IMG/VR virus record: IMGVR_UViG_3300032242_001655
Location: 1-64,000 of that record
DNA length: 64,000 nucleotides
From: a virus
Reading direction: 5' to 3' (one strand)
The position numbers and the translations under genes are program-made. The notes beneath the pieces are model-generated. The model worked only from the letters and a program-made list of their open reading frames with translations. It made no database searches and was not told where the DNA came from. Of this stretch, positions 30,639 through 39,380 are shown one piece after another (the first letter of the stretch is position 1; each line of letters begins with the position of its first letter).

Positions 30639-31739
30639 ATGAGTAAAGCACAATACGATATATCAAAACAAACAAACTATCTAAAACGTAAAATGTTTTT
30701 AGACGAAGCAGGTCCTGTAACAGTACAACGCTTTGAAGAAGTCAAGTATCCTAAGATTGCCAAGTTTGAAGAACTGGCTCGTGGATTTTTCTGGGTTCCT
30801 GAAGAAATCAGTCTTACCAAAGACAAAATGGATCACAAGGAAGCCAGTGATGCGATCAAACACATTTTTACTTCTAACCTACTACGACAAACAGCACTAG
30901 ACAGTATTCAAGGTCGTGCTCCAAATCAAGTGTTTTCACCAGTGATTTCAATTCCCGAACTCGAAGCACTGGTAAGCAATTGGAGTTTCTTTGAAACAAA
31001 TATTCATTCAAAAAGTTATAGCCATATTATTCGTAATGTTTATGGTGTGCCAAAAGAAGAGTTTAACAAAATTCATGACACTAAAGAAATTGTAGACATG
31101 GCTTCTAATATCGGACGCTACTACGAAAATCTACATCAAATTAATTGTGCTAAAGAACTAGACGGATATATCGCAGAGGAAGATCATGTTAAGGCAATTT
31201 GGTTGGCCCTAAATGCCAGTTATGCTCTTGAAGCACTTCGATTCATGGTGTCATTTGCTACCAGTTTGGCAATGGTTGAAAATAAAATTTACATTGGCAA
31301 CGGCAACATTATCAGCCTTATCCTACAAGACGAAATCCTACATGCAGAATGGACTGGTTGGTTAATCAATCAGGTTGTCAAAGAAGATGAACGCTTTGCA
31401 AAAGCCAAAGAAGATTGTGAAGCAGAAGTTTATCAAATGTATATGGATGTTGTTCGTGAAGAAAAAGAATGGGCAGACTACTTGTTCAAATTAGGACCTG
31501 TAATTGGATTGAATGCTAACATTCTAAAAGATTTTGTAGACTATACAGCATTTACTAGATTGAAAGAAATTGGAATCAAGTACGAAGCAGAACATCCACG
31601 CCAGAGTCCCATCCCCTGGTTTAACAAGCATGTAAATATCAACAAGAAGCAAACAGCACTACAGGAAAACGAAAGTACCAATTATGTTATTGGTGTGATG
31701 AGTGACAATGTATCGCTAGAAGAATTACCAGAACTATAA
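30639..31739 (+). CDS. nrdB: Ribonucleotide reductase class Ia beta subunit
   Basis: FFWVPEE, LDSIQ, ETNIHSKSY, EALRF, DEILH, QENESTNY. Confidence 0.97.
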   Translation: MSKAQYDISKQTNYLKRKMFLDEAGPVTVQRFEEVKYPKIAKFEELARGFFWVPEEISLTKDKMDHKEASDAIKHIFTSNLLRQTALDSIQGRAPNQVFSPVISIPELEALVSNWSFFETNIHSKSYSHIIRNVYGVPKEEFNKIHDTKEIVDMASNIGRYYENLHQINCAKELDGYIAEEDHVKAIWLALNASYALEALRFMVSFATSLAMVENKIYIGNGNIISLILQDEILHAEWTGWLINQVVKEDERFAKAKEDCEAEVYQMYMDVVREEKEWADYLFKLGPVIGLNANILKDFVDYTAFTRLKEIGIKYEAEHPRQSPIPWFNKHVNINKKQTALQENESTNYVIGVMSDNVSLEELPEL

Positions 31740-31748
31740 AGGACAAAT

Positions 31749-31973
31749 ATGACAGCCATTGTATGGAGCAAAGATCACTGCCCCTATTGTGATCAAGCCA
31801 AGGCATTGTTAAAAATGAAGGGCATAGAGTTTGAAGAACGTAACATTAATAAAGATTATACTCGTGAGCAATTATTAGAAGCAGTACCCAATGCCCGAAC
31901 TGTTCCTCAGATATTTTTAGATGATCAGTTGATTGGGGGCTTTACAGAATTGAGGGCTCACCTAAATGGATAA
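31749..31973 (+). CDS. grx: Glutaredoxin
   Basis: CPYC, TVPQIF, IGGF. Confidence 0.95.
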   Translation: MTAIVWSKDHCPYCDQAKALLKMKGIEFEERNINKDYTREQLLEAVPNARTVPQIFLDDQLIGGFTELRAHLNG

Positions 31974-32484
31974 ACTTCAAGAACTAAAAGCCGCACTATC
32001 GCAGGTTACTCCTGATGAAGTAAAGAAAAAAGAAAGTGACGAATCCTTTGGAGTTATAGCAGAAGAAGTTTCTAAGGCAATGGAAGGCATAACTATAAGT
32101 CCTTTGAGCTCGCTTGATTTAAGTGCTCTTAATAATTCTATTACTATTCCACCTAGTTCAAGTTATTCAATTAATACCGGGGCGGGGTTGAACGGTACAT
32201 GGCTTACAGCCGGTGGATTAAATGGATCGGGCCCAGCATACAGCACTATTACATCTTCTGCTACCCCTGGCCTGTCTCTTGATGTAAATGGTGATGCTAA
32301 TTTTGAAGGCGATATTAAATGGAAGGGTCGAAGTTTAACTAATATGATAGAAACTATTGAAAAGCGTTTGGCTATCCTGACACCAGATCCTAAAAAATTA
32401 GAAAAATACGAAGCACTACAAAAGGCCTACGATCACTATAAACTAATGGAAAAACTTTGTCATGACGACTCCACAGACAAGTGA
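31966..32484 (+). CDS. Hypothetical phage protein
   Basis: ORF; C-terminal coiled coil. Confidence 0.6.
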   Translation: MDKLQELKAALSQVTPDEVKKKESDESFGVIAEEVSKAMEGITISPLSSLDLSALNNSITIPPSSSYSINTGAGLNGTWLTAGGLNGSGPAYSTITSSATPGLSLDVNGDANFEGDIKWKGRSLTNMIETIEKRLAILTPDPKKLEKYEALQKAYDHYKLMEKLCHDDSTDK

Positions 32485-32623
32485 TCCTAAAGTTGCTCAA
32501 TTAGAAAGATTAGTAGCACAACTAACACAACAGAACCTTGAACTGCACAAACGTGTAAGTTTATTAGAGCGTGAAAACAACAGACGTAAAAACGAAATTA
32601 ACCAAGTAGCAAGATCAAAATGA
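32462..32623 (+). CDS. 53-aa coiled-coil protein
   Basis: MTTPQTSDPKVAQLERLVAQL...; ATGA coupling to thyX. Confidence 0.55.
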   Translation: MTTPQTSDPKVAQLERLVAQLTQQNLELHKRVSLLERENNRRKNEINQVARSK

Positions 32624-33318
32624 AAGTTAAATTAATATCATCAAGTAAGCCAAGCCGCCAGTTGGCAACTGAAGGAATTTATGATGCCCAAGAACTCATT
32701 GCTTTCTGCGCCCGTGTCAGCAATCCCTCCAACCAATTTAATGTTGAGACTTCAGAAAAACTTATTAGATATCTCATCAAGCACCAACACTGGAGCCCAC
32801 TTGAAATGGTCTCTGCGTGCCTTGAGATCACAACTACAAGAGATATTGCCCGACAAATTCTCAGACACAGAAGTTTCTCATTCCAAGAGTTCAGCCAGCG
32901 TTACGCTGATCCAACTAAGGATCTCAAATTTGTACTTAGAGACGCCCGTAGACAAGACGACAAGAATAGACAGAACAGTATAGACTTAGATATACAGACT
33001 AACGATGCTGATCGATTCCTACAGTATCAATGGGAACGGATGCAGGAAAATGTTATTGAACAGGCTCGAAATGCTTATGAGTGGGCGATTAAATCAGGTA
33101 TTGCTAAAGAACAGGCTCGTGCTGTCCTACCTGAAGGACTTATTGAAAGCAGAATCTATATGAACGGAACACTACGCTCTTGGATACATTTTATTGAACT
33201 GCGTTCAGCAAATGGAACACAAAAAGAGCATCAATTGGTTGCCATAGAATGTGCCAAGGTTATTGCTGAAATATTTCCAATGGCAGAAGAATATGTCCAA
33301 TCAAGCCAAGGGGCGTAG
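32620..33318 (+). CDS. thyX: FAD-dependent thymidylate synthase
   Basis: HWSPLE, RQILRHRSFSFQEFSQRY, EQARAVLP. Confidence 0.95.
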   Translation: MKVKLISSSKPSRQLATEGIYDAQELIAFCARVSNPSNQFNVETSEKLIRYLIKHQHWSPLEMVSACLEITTTRDIARQILRHRSFSFQEFSQRYADPTKDLKFVLRDARRQDDKNRQNSIDLDIQTNDADRFLQYQWERMQENVIEQARNAYEWAIKSGIAKEQARAVLPEGLIESRIYMNGTLRSWIHFIELRSANGTQKEHQLVAIECAKVIAEIFPMAEEYVQSSQGA

Positions 33319-33769
33319 TAGTTACGACAGTACAGGTACTGGGATTGTTCATTTCTTTAATAGGAATGTAACATCCTATCCAACCGAAGCCGGTGGACCA
33401 AAGTTTGATCTAATTCCTGTTGCCAAACAAAAAGACATAATGATCAATCATGCTCGGCTATACGCCCAGCAAGAGTATGATCGTATAATGGAATTGGTCA
33501 GTGTATTACAAAAACAAGCAGATGAAATAAAACGGCGTCTTGATGTTACTGATATGGTCTATTCCGCTGAATACGAATTTCAAGTGGTCATGGGACAAAG
33601 TTATTGGTTGGTGTGGAGCAAGCGAAAAGAAAAGATGTTGCTAGTGGGCCTCGGACCCGATGATTGGAATACAGGTGCTCCGGTTGACTACGAATACATA
33701 ACGAATGTAAAATATATGGGTGACCATACATGGTTAGAAATAAACAAAAAGGATCAAAATGTTACTTAA
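33293..33769 (+). CDS. DUF2452-like hypothetical protein
   Basis: YPTEAGGPKF..., QADEIKRR, GDHTW; ATG 33293 preferred. Confidence 0.55.
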   Translation: MSNQAKGRSSYDSTGTGIVHFFNRNVTSYPTEAGGPKFDLIPVAKQKDIMINHARLYAQQEYDRIMELVSVLQKQADEIKRRLDVTDMVYSAEYEFQVVMGQSYWLVWSKRKEKMLLVGLGPDDWNTGAPVDYEYITNVKYMGDHTWLEINKKDQNVT

Positions 33770-34046
33770 AAAACCAATTACACAAGGTACTGTTGTAAGC
33801 ATTAAAATTATCAACGGTGACGAAATTATTGCTCGGTACGAAAGTGAAGACGCAGATACGGTTACAATCAATAAACCATTGGCATTGACCATGGGCCAAG
33901 GAGGACTTGGGATGATTCCTTGGGTATTCTTAGGTGATGCTGATACTATTACCCTACAAAAACAGCACGTATTCTTTGTTATTCAAAGCAAAAAAGATGC
34001 CGCTGATCAATATATGCAGGGTACTACAGGTATTGCTCTAGTGTAA
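33759..34046 (+). CDS. Small Sm-like fold hypothetical protein
   Basis: VVSIKIINGDEIIAR pattern; AAGGA RBS. Confidence 0.5.
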   Translation: MLLKKPITQGTVVSIKIINGDEIIARYESEDADTVTINKPLALTMGQGGLGMIPWVFLGDADTITLQKQHVFFVIQSKKDAADQYMQGTTGIALV

Positions 34047-34067
34047 ATACTAGTTTAGGAGAACAGT

Positions 34068-35090
34068 ATGCCTGCTGTGTCTAGGATAGGAGATTCAGTA
34101 ACAACCAACCACGGGTGTGATGTGTCAACTACAATGGCTGAAGGATCGGGTAATGTATTTGCTAATGGCATAGGTGTTGTGCGTCAAGGCGATAATGATA
34201 CTGTTCATGCTTACGGTGGTCGTAATTGTTCTGCTAGACATCAGGTTCCGCTAAGTGCAGGTGCACCTACTGTGTTTGTAAATGGTAGAGCTCTAGGCAG
34301 AATAGGCGATGGTGGTGAGACTCTAGCCTCAGGTAGTCCAAACGTATTTGCTGGTAATGGTAGTGGCGGTGGCTCTCACGTAGCACCTATTTCTCCTATC
34401 CCTATGGTCAAATTTGGAGATCCAAACTTTGTTGCTAACACTCGACAATTAACTTCAAATTATGTAAGTAATCCTAATTCGTATTATAATCCTTCTGCGG
34501 CCGCAGACGGTGTAAAGGCTGATTATTCAGGAACTGCTGACGATGCTAGCACCGATCCCGGAATTGTAACCCCGGGACAATATAGCGATATTATTTCTTT
34601 CTTACAACAAAAATTAAGTGAAGCCGCACAGGGAAAATGGCGAGAAAGTGGACAAGGTGGACATGCAAGTAATCCTAATATTATAGGAATTTGGAGTGAT
34701 TTAGGATTTCCAGGAGCAAATTCTAGTCCGTGGAATACTGACCAAACAGCATGGTGTATGGGGTTTGTTAACTACGCATTAAAGGCATCTGGATACAAAT
34801 GGGTACCTACTGCTAGTGCGCAGGCTATTACACAAAATCCAGGACGTTGGAATGCTACACAAATACCTAAAGAACAAGCACAACCTGGGGATATTGCATT
34901 TTGGAGTTATAGACACGTAAACTTTGTCTATGAGAAAAAAGGTGCTGGTTTTACCTTTGTCGGGGGTAATCAAACTCCAAAAGGTGGAAGCAACAATCCA
35001 GATGACGGGGATATAACAATCAGTTATCCTGGCGGTACATCTTCTAGTAATGCAAATTGGGTAAGTTGTTGGCGGCCAAACAAAGGTTAA
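34068..35090 (+). CDS. PAAR spike-tip protein fused to a TIGR02594/NlpC-like peptidoglycan amidase
   Basis: PAVSRIGD, GSGNVFANG, ALGRIGD, GSPNVFAG; AWCMGFVN...HVNFV...GGNQ. Confidence 0.8.
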   Translation: MPAVSRIGDSVTTNHGCDVSTTMAEGSGNVFANGIGVVRQGDNDTVHAYGGRNCSARHQVPLSAGAPTVFVNGRALGRIGDGGETLASGSPNVFAGNGSGGGSHVAPISPIPMVKFGDPNFVANTRQLTSNYVSNPNSYYNPSAAADGVKADYSGTADDASTDPGIVTPGQYSDIISFLQQKLSEAAQGKWRESGQGGHASNPNIIGIWSDLGFPGANSSPWNTDQTAWCMGFVNYALKASGYKWVPTASAQAITQNPGRWNATQIPKEQAQPGDIAFWSYRHVNFVYEKKGAGFTFVGGNQTPKGGSNNPDDGDITISYPGGTSSSNANWVSCWRPNKG

Positions 35091-35151
35091 ATAAATTGTC
35101 TGTTAAGCATCTTGGCATAGCCATGTTAGCAGTAATTGGGCGATGATTCTC

Positions 35152-35180
35152 TTGACAGATTCGTCAACGGTTAGTAAAAT
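35152..35180 (+). promoter_or_regulatory. Sigma70-type promoter of the tmRNA
   Basis: TTGACA-17-TAAAAT. Confidence 0.75.
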
Positions 35181-35184
35181 GTAA

Positions 35185-35437
35185 GTTATTGCTGTATGAA
35201 GCAAAGAGAAAAGTGTTCTGGACGCGAGTTCGAATCTCGCCATCTCCACCTAAATGTATTAAGGTATATTTAGGTGGGGATGAAAATGGTTTCGACAGGG
35301 CAACAAGTAATGGCGTGGACAGCAGAGTAGGCGATGACTCTAAATCAAGCAAAAAACGTAAATGCAAACGACGAACAGTTCGCTTTAGCCGCCTAAACTC
35401 GGCTTAGGGTAGGAAATACCTCGTAACAGAAATAACC
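35185..35437 (+). ncRNA. ssrA: Circularly permuted (two-piece) tmRNA; tag ANDEQFALAA at 35364-35396
   Basis: The acceptor piece comes first (T arm GCGAG-TTCGAAT-CTCGC, CATCTCC-A-CC at 35241-35250), then an intervening hairpin, then the coding piece GGGGATG at 35276. G3-U70 pair present; CAGGGCA/TGTTCTG and GCTGT/ACAGC interpiece helices. Confidence 0.93.
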
Positions 35438-35458
35438 AGGGGCTACGGCCCCTTTCTT
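35438..35458 (+). terminator. Intrinsic terminator after the tmRNA
   Basis: AGGGGC-TACG-GCCCCT-TTCTT. Confidence 0.75.
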
Positions 35459-35484
35459 ATCAGTTTTAAAAAGGATGATTAAAA

Positions 35485-36402
35485 ATGGCAACAACAGTAA
35501 CAATTGGGCAGACCCCAATTAACGCAACATATTCCCTAGTAGGGGGTGCAACAAATGGTGCAGGCGCTCAGGCAAAATTCACTGTACAAAAAACAAATGG
35601 TGTATATGTAACCACCCTCGATTCAACTAATGGCGGTACAGGATATGCTCTTGGTGATACAGTTACCATTCCGGGCACAAGCCTTGGTGGAACAGCCCCA
35701 GCCAATAACGATGTTATTATCGTTACTGGACTTGGTACAAATGGCGCAATTAAAACATTCGCCACAGCAGGTGTAGGTGCAATTGGTAATGGAACTATTA
35801 ATACAGTTATTAATGTTACTCCAGATGTAGTTGCTCCAATTAACACATATGTTATGGGCGACAAAAGCGCCAACTTTACAGTAGTTAACGATACAGCAAA
35901 CAATGTTATCAGAGAAACCAGTGCTTTAAATTCTACTGTGAGTTTTAACCTAAATAACTACCAGCGTGTGGTATATACAGATAAAGCAACCGCTTTTGAT
36001 ATTTCTGGTAAAGCAGGCGATGTTTATTCATTGCTTAAAGCAAGTTTTGGCGGAACGGTTAATACTACATACGAAGGTATCGGTATTAAATTGGAAGATG
36101 CTGGCACAACCAGCGCACAAGTTGCTCAAGCAATTGTAACTAGTGCTCCATTCTTAACAGCAAATCCAGATATTCCTACTTTTGTGAACAATCTGTATAC
36201 CAATGTTATGGGAGTGGCTCCAACTCCAACTCAGGCAAGTCCGTATATTACTTCCTTAGTAACAGGTGGAACAACAATGGGGGCTTTACTAAATGCGGCC
36301 GCTCATCTTACCACATATCAACAAACAATTGGTTTGGTAGGTGTTGCTCCAGCAACAACAGGCGTATTAGCCGGTTCAGGAATTGACTACATTCCAGCCT
36401 AA
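35485..36402 (+). CDS. Surface-layer-like protein with DUF4214-like C-terminus
   Basis: QRVVYTDKATAFDISGKAGDVY..., FVNNLYTNVMG; N-terminal GTSLGGTAPAN repeat like the fibre at 1997. Confidence 0.55.
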   Translation: MATTVTIGQTPINATYSLVGGATNGAGAQAKFTVQKTNGVYVTTLDSTNGGTGYALGDTVTIPGTSLGGTAPANNDVIIVTGLGTNGAIKTFATAGVGAIGNGTINTVINVTPDVVAPINTYVMGDKSANFTVVNDTANNVIRETSALNSTVSFNLNNYQRVVYTDKATAFDISGKAGDVYSLLKASFGGTVNTTYEGIGIKLEDAGTTSAQVAQAIVTSAPFLTANPDIPTFVNNLYTNVMGVAPTPTQASPYITSLVTGGTTMGALLNAAAHLTTYQQTIGLVGVAPATTGVLAGSGIDYIPA

Positions 36403-36424
36403 GTAAATTGGCTAAAATAGTGGT

Positions 36425-36462
36425 AAAACCGGCTTGACAGGCCGGTTTTTTTATTGTATAAT
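36425..36462 (+). promoter_or_regulatory. Terminator hairpin carrying a sigma70 -35 box in its loop
   Basis: AAAACCGGC-TTGACAG-GCCGGTTTT; TTGACA-17-TATAAT. Confidence 0.7.
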
Positions 36463-36497
36463 ATATGTACACACTAACTTTTATATAGGAGCCATAA

Positions 36498-36923
36498 ATG
36501 GATATCGCTTACAGCATTAGAAGCAAGGGTACACTAGCACTTGTTGAGTCAGTAATTTCGTTTTTTGAACAAGATCTAAAACTTACAAAATCAAAATGGA
36601 GTTTGGACGTTTATACAAGACGCGGTTTGGCAGATAGTGATGGATGTCGTGGTAGCGTTACACGGGTAGGTCCAAAACATCTTATTATGATGTTAGACAG
36701 CAAGTTAGATGTAGAGCGCCTGGTGCTAACAATAGCACACGAAATGGTACATGTTAAGCAATTTGCTCGCGGACAGATTAAAGATATTCCAGGACGCACA
36801 CAGGTTCGTTATTGGATGGGCAAAAAAGTTCGTAAATCCTATTATGAACAGCCCTGGGAATTAGAAGCGTTCTCCAAAGAGCGGATCTTAGCCAACAAGA
36901 TTTTTAAGATTATCAATGTTTAA
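36498..36923 (+). CDS. HExxH zinc metallopeptidase-like protein
   Basis: IAHEMVHVKQ...QPWELEA. Confidence 0.75.
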   Translation: MDIAYSIRSKGTLALVESVISFFEQDLKLTKSKWSLDVYTRRGLADSDGCRGSVTRVGPKHLIMMLDSKLDVERLVLTIAHEMVHVKQFARGQIKDIPGRTQVRYWMGKKVRKSYYEQPWELEAFSKERILANKIFKIINV

Positions 36924-36936
36924 TCGGAGTTGAAGA

Positions 36937-37053
36937 ATGAACGAATTTAGTTGGGGACCAATCATTAGCACAGCCCTTGCTATTGCGGGTATGTTGTTTG
37001 CATTAGTGATGGGTTATCTGATTGGCTATAATGATGCTAAGGAGGGCAAATGA
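36937..37053 (+). CDS. 38-aa single-TM peptide MNEFSWGPIIST...
   Basis: GGAG RBS; hydrophobic helix; ATGA coupling. Confidence 0.55.
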   Translation: MNEFSWGPIISTALAIAGMLFALVMGYLIGYNDAKEGK

Positions 37054-37274
37054 ACGAACGAATTAGAGAACTTGCTGAACAGGCTGGATCTACACACAAA
37101 CAGAATCTTGGCGTATATCAATTCTACACAGAAGAATTGGAAAAGTTCGCCGAGTTGATTGTTCGGGAATGTTGTAACATTGTCGTGAATTGCGGTATTC
37201 CTGGAAGCAACACAGAAAGAGATTTTGTTGTTGCCTCTAGAGAAATTCGACATTATTTTGGAGTTGAAGAATGA
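37050..37274 (+). CDS. MNERIRELAEQAG...FGVEE small phage protein
   Basis: AGGAGG RBS; LEKFAELIVREC motif. Confidence 0.7.
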   Translation: MNERIRELAEQAGSTHKQNLGVYQFYTEELEKFAELIVRECCNIVVNCGIPGSNTERDFVVASREIRHYFGVEE

Positions 37275-37297
37275 AAGAGCCTTAGGGCTCTTTTTTT
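37274..37297 (+). terminator. Intrinsic terminator
   Basis: AAAGAGCC-TTAG-GGCTCTTTTTTT. Confidence 0.75.
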
Positions 37298-37298
37298 G

Positions 37299-37359
37299 TG
37301 GTGTTGATTTTCCAACACCAAGACCGTCGATTTTCCAACAGGTGTTGGAAAAATAACAC
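37299..37359. promoter_or_regulatory. Three TGTTG-N6-(C/T)AACA-like palindromic operators
   Basis: TGGTGTTG-ATTTTC-CAACACCA; TTTTCCAACA-GG-TGTTGGAAAA; GATTTTCCAACA occurs twice. Confidence 0.5.
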
Positions 37360-37426
37360 TATAGTTTTATTTTTTGATTTTATCATGTAAATACTTAGGC
37401 AAGAAACTATTCTAAGGAGCGACCGG

Positions 37427-37564
37427 ATGATTAAAAAAATTATTGAAAAAATAATATCAACGATGCTACCTCTATCCAGTTTATTACAGATGATAGAAGA
37501 AATTAAATTAGAATTAGCACAGTTAAAAAAAGATATTCATGCAACAAAATCTAAAAAGAATTGA
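37427..37564 (+). CDS. 45-aa hypothetical protein
   Basis: TAAATA at 37388; AAGGAG RBS. Confidence 0.5.
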   Translation: MIKKIIEKIISTMLPLSSLLQMIEEIKLELAQLKKDIHATKSKKN

Positions 37565-37633
37565 TGGCTTTACAAAAAGAAACAATTTAACAGTTCTGTA
37601 ATCTTTGCGTCCATATGCTAAAATAAATATGGT

Positions 37634-38431
37634 ATGAAACCAAAAACTTACCGCTCTATTTTTGTGAGTGATGTACATCTGGGTACAAAGGACTGTAAGG
37701 CAGAGGCTCTTAACAATTTCCTTAAACACAATAGTTGCGAAACGCTGTATCTTGTAGGGGATATAATAGATGCGTGGAAAATTCAACAAAATAAACTTAG
37801 GTGGAAGCAGAGCCACACTAATGTGGTTAGGCGGGTTCTTGGTCATGCTAAACGTGGTACTAGGGTTGTTTACGTGGCTGGCAATCACGATGAATTCCTG
37901 CGTCCGATGATACCGTATGGTGTGTCATTCGGACAAGTTGAAATCTGTAATCAAATAGAACACATAGGTGCTGACGGCAAGCACTATCTTGTAACACACG
38001 GAGATTTATTTGACGGTATCACTCGATTGGCTCCGTGGCTAAGTTTTTTAGGAGACAAAGCATATGATTTTATCCTTGGAGTCAATAGTAGGTTTAATTG
38101 GATCCGTCATCGTCTTGGTTTTGGCTACTGGAGCCTTAGCAAGTATCTTAAACACAGAGTCAAAAAAGCAATAGATTTCATGTTCAAGTTTGAAAGAACT
38201 ATAACAGACTATTGTAAGAAACGAGGATTCGACGGAGTAATCTGCGGACACATCCACCACGCTGAGATTAAATATATAGATAATATTGTGTATATGAATG
38301 ACGGCGATTGGGTTGAGTCTATGACGGCTCTTGTAGAGCATCACGACGGTCGCTGGGAAATAGTAACATGGACTCAAGAAAGTGACCAAAACAATTCTGA
38401 TAATAACGGACAACCTGCCGGAGCAAATTAA
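37634..38431 (+). CDS. PlcP/LpxH-like metallophosphoesterase (probable phospholipase C)
   Basis: SDVHLG, GDIID, GNHDE, HGDLFD, LGDKAY, WSLSKYLK..VK, CGHIH, NDGDWVES. Confidence 0.8.
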   Translation: MKPKTYRSIFVSDVHLGTKDCKAEALNNFLKHNSCETLYLVGDIIDAWKIQQNKLRWKQSHTNVVRRVLGHAKRGTRVVYVAGNHDEFLRPMIPYGVSFGQVEICNQIEHIGADGKHYLVTHGDLFDGITRLAPWLSFLGDKAYDFILGVNSRFNWIRHRLGFGYWSLSKYLKHRVKKAIDFMFKFERTITDYCKKRGFDGVICGHIHHAEIKYIDNIVYMNDGDWVESMTALVEHHDGRWEIVTWTQESDQNNSDNNGQPAGAN

Positions 38432-39380
38432 TGGCGTTGTCACAACTTACAAAAACATTGAGAAATGTGCGCTTCTGGACGATTATAATGTTGTGGTGCT
38501 TCATCCCGGGTGGTTCCGCTACATTAATTGTCCTGGCTACAACGAAGTCAAGATTGCCTATCCCAGGAACTTGGGCAAGAAGATTAAGGAGATCAATCCG
38601 GATTATATCCACATCGCCACAGAAGGTCCTCTTGGTCTGTGGGCTCGAAAATATCTTTCATTGGCTGGTATTAGGCACAATACCGCTTATCACACTAAGT
38701 TTCCTGAAGGGCTGAAAAAACTATTTGGCATACCAGAATCATGGACTTGGCGCTTTGTTCGTTGGTTCCATAAACACTCAGGTAAAGTTTTAACTACAAC
38801 AGACTCAATGGTACGAGAATTACAAGCACACGGATTTGACGGAGAAGTTATTCCTTGGACACGAGGTGTTGACCGTGAGATATTTTCTCCCGATTTAAGG
38901 CAAGATGTTCCTGCCAAATACCTTCTGTGTGTAAGCCGTGTTAGTAAAGAAAAGAATTTAGAAAAGTTTCTTGAAATGGACTACCCCGGATATCTTAAAA
39001 TAATGGTAGGTGATGGTCCTATGTTAGAAAAGTATAAAAAACAATATCCGGATGTATACTTTGCTGGATTTAAAACTGGGCTATCATTGGCTCGATACTA
39101 TGCTAACGCAGAAGTATTTGTATTTCCATCACAATGGGAAACATTTGGCATTGTGATGGCAGAAGCCATGGCCTGCGGCACTCCAGTTGCCGCATACCCT
39201 GTACAAGGACCGGAGGATGTTATTGATGAATGCAAGACAGGTTGTATGCGTGATAACTTAAAGGACGCTGTAGATGCTTGCCTAAAATTAGATAGAACTG
39301 AAGTTGAACGGTACAGCCATCGATGGTCGTGGGAACAAGCATGGGAAATTTTTAGGGACAACTTAGTGAGCGCAAAATGA
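38382..39380 (+). CDS. GT4 glycosyltransferase (Agt-like diacylglycerol glycosyltransferase)
   Basis: EQINGVV, HIATEGPLG, YHTKFPE, WTRGVD, RVSKEKN, ETFGIVMAEAMACGTP. Confidence 0.85.
   Translation: MTKTILIITDNLPEQINGVVTTYKNIEKCALLDDYNVVVLHPGWFRYINCPGYNEVKIAYPRNLGKKIKEINPDYIHIATEGPLGLWARKYLSLAGIRHNTAYHTKFPEGLKKLFGIPESWTWRFVRWFHKHSGKVLTTTDSMVRELQAHGFDGEVIPWTRGVDREIFSPDLRQDVPAKYLLCVSRVSKEKNLEKFLEMDYPGYLKIMVGDGPMLEKYKKQYPDVYFAGFKTGLSLARYYANAEVFVFPSQWETFGIVMAEAMACGTPVAAYPVQGPEDVIDECKTGCMRDNLKDAVDACLKLDRTEVERYSHRWSWEQAWEIFRDNLVSAK

Larger units (their letters stand above)
36926..37275 (+). repeat. 16-bp direct repeat GGAGTTGAAGAATGAA (36926-36941, 37260-37275)
   Basis: Exact repeat encoding GVEE-stop plus an RBS/ATG. 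Confidence 0.8.

Noticed and set aside
28114-31739. Inteins or introns in nrdA/nrdB
   Set aside because: Lengths and motifs are continuous and normal.
35095-35140. Hairpin upstream of the tmRNA promoter as a separate ncRNA
   Set aside because: A single imperfect stem is insufficient evidence; it may just be the leader of a late transcript.
35221-35250. Stand-alone tRNA gene
   Set aside because: The T arm and acceptor end belong to the permuted tmRNA; there is no anticodon arm.
35164-35407. ORFs 35164..35367(-) and 35189..35407(+)
   Set aside because: They overlie the tmRNA, which explains the sequence.
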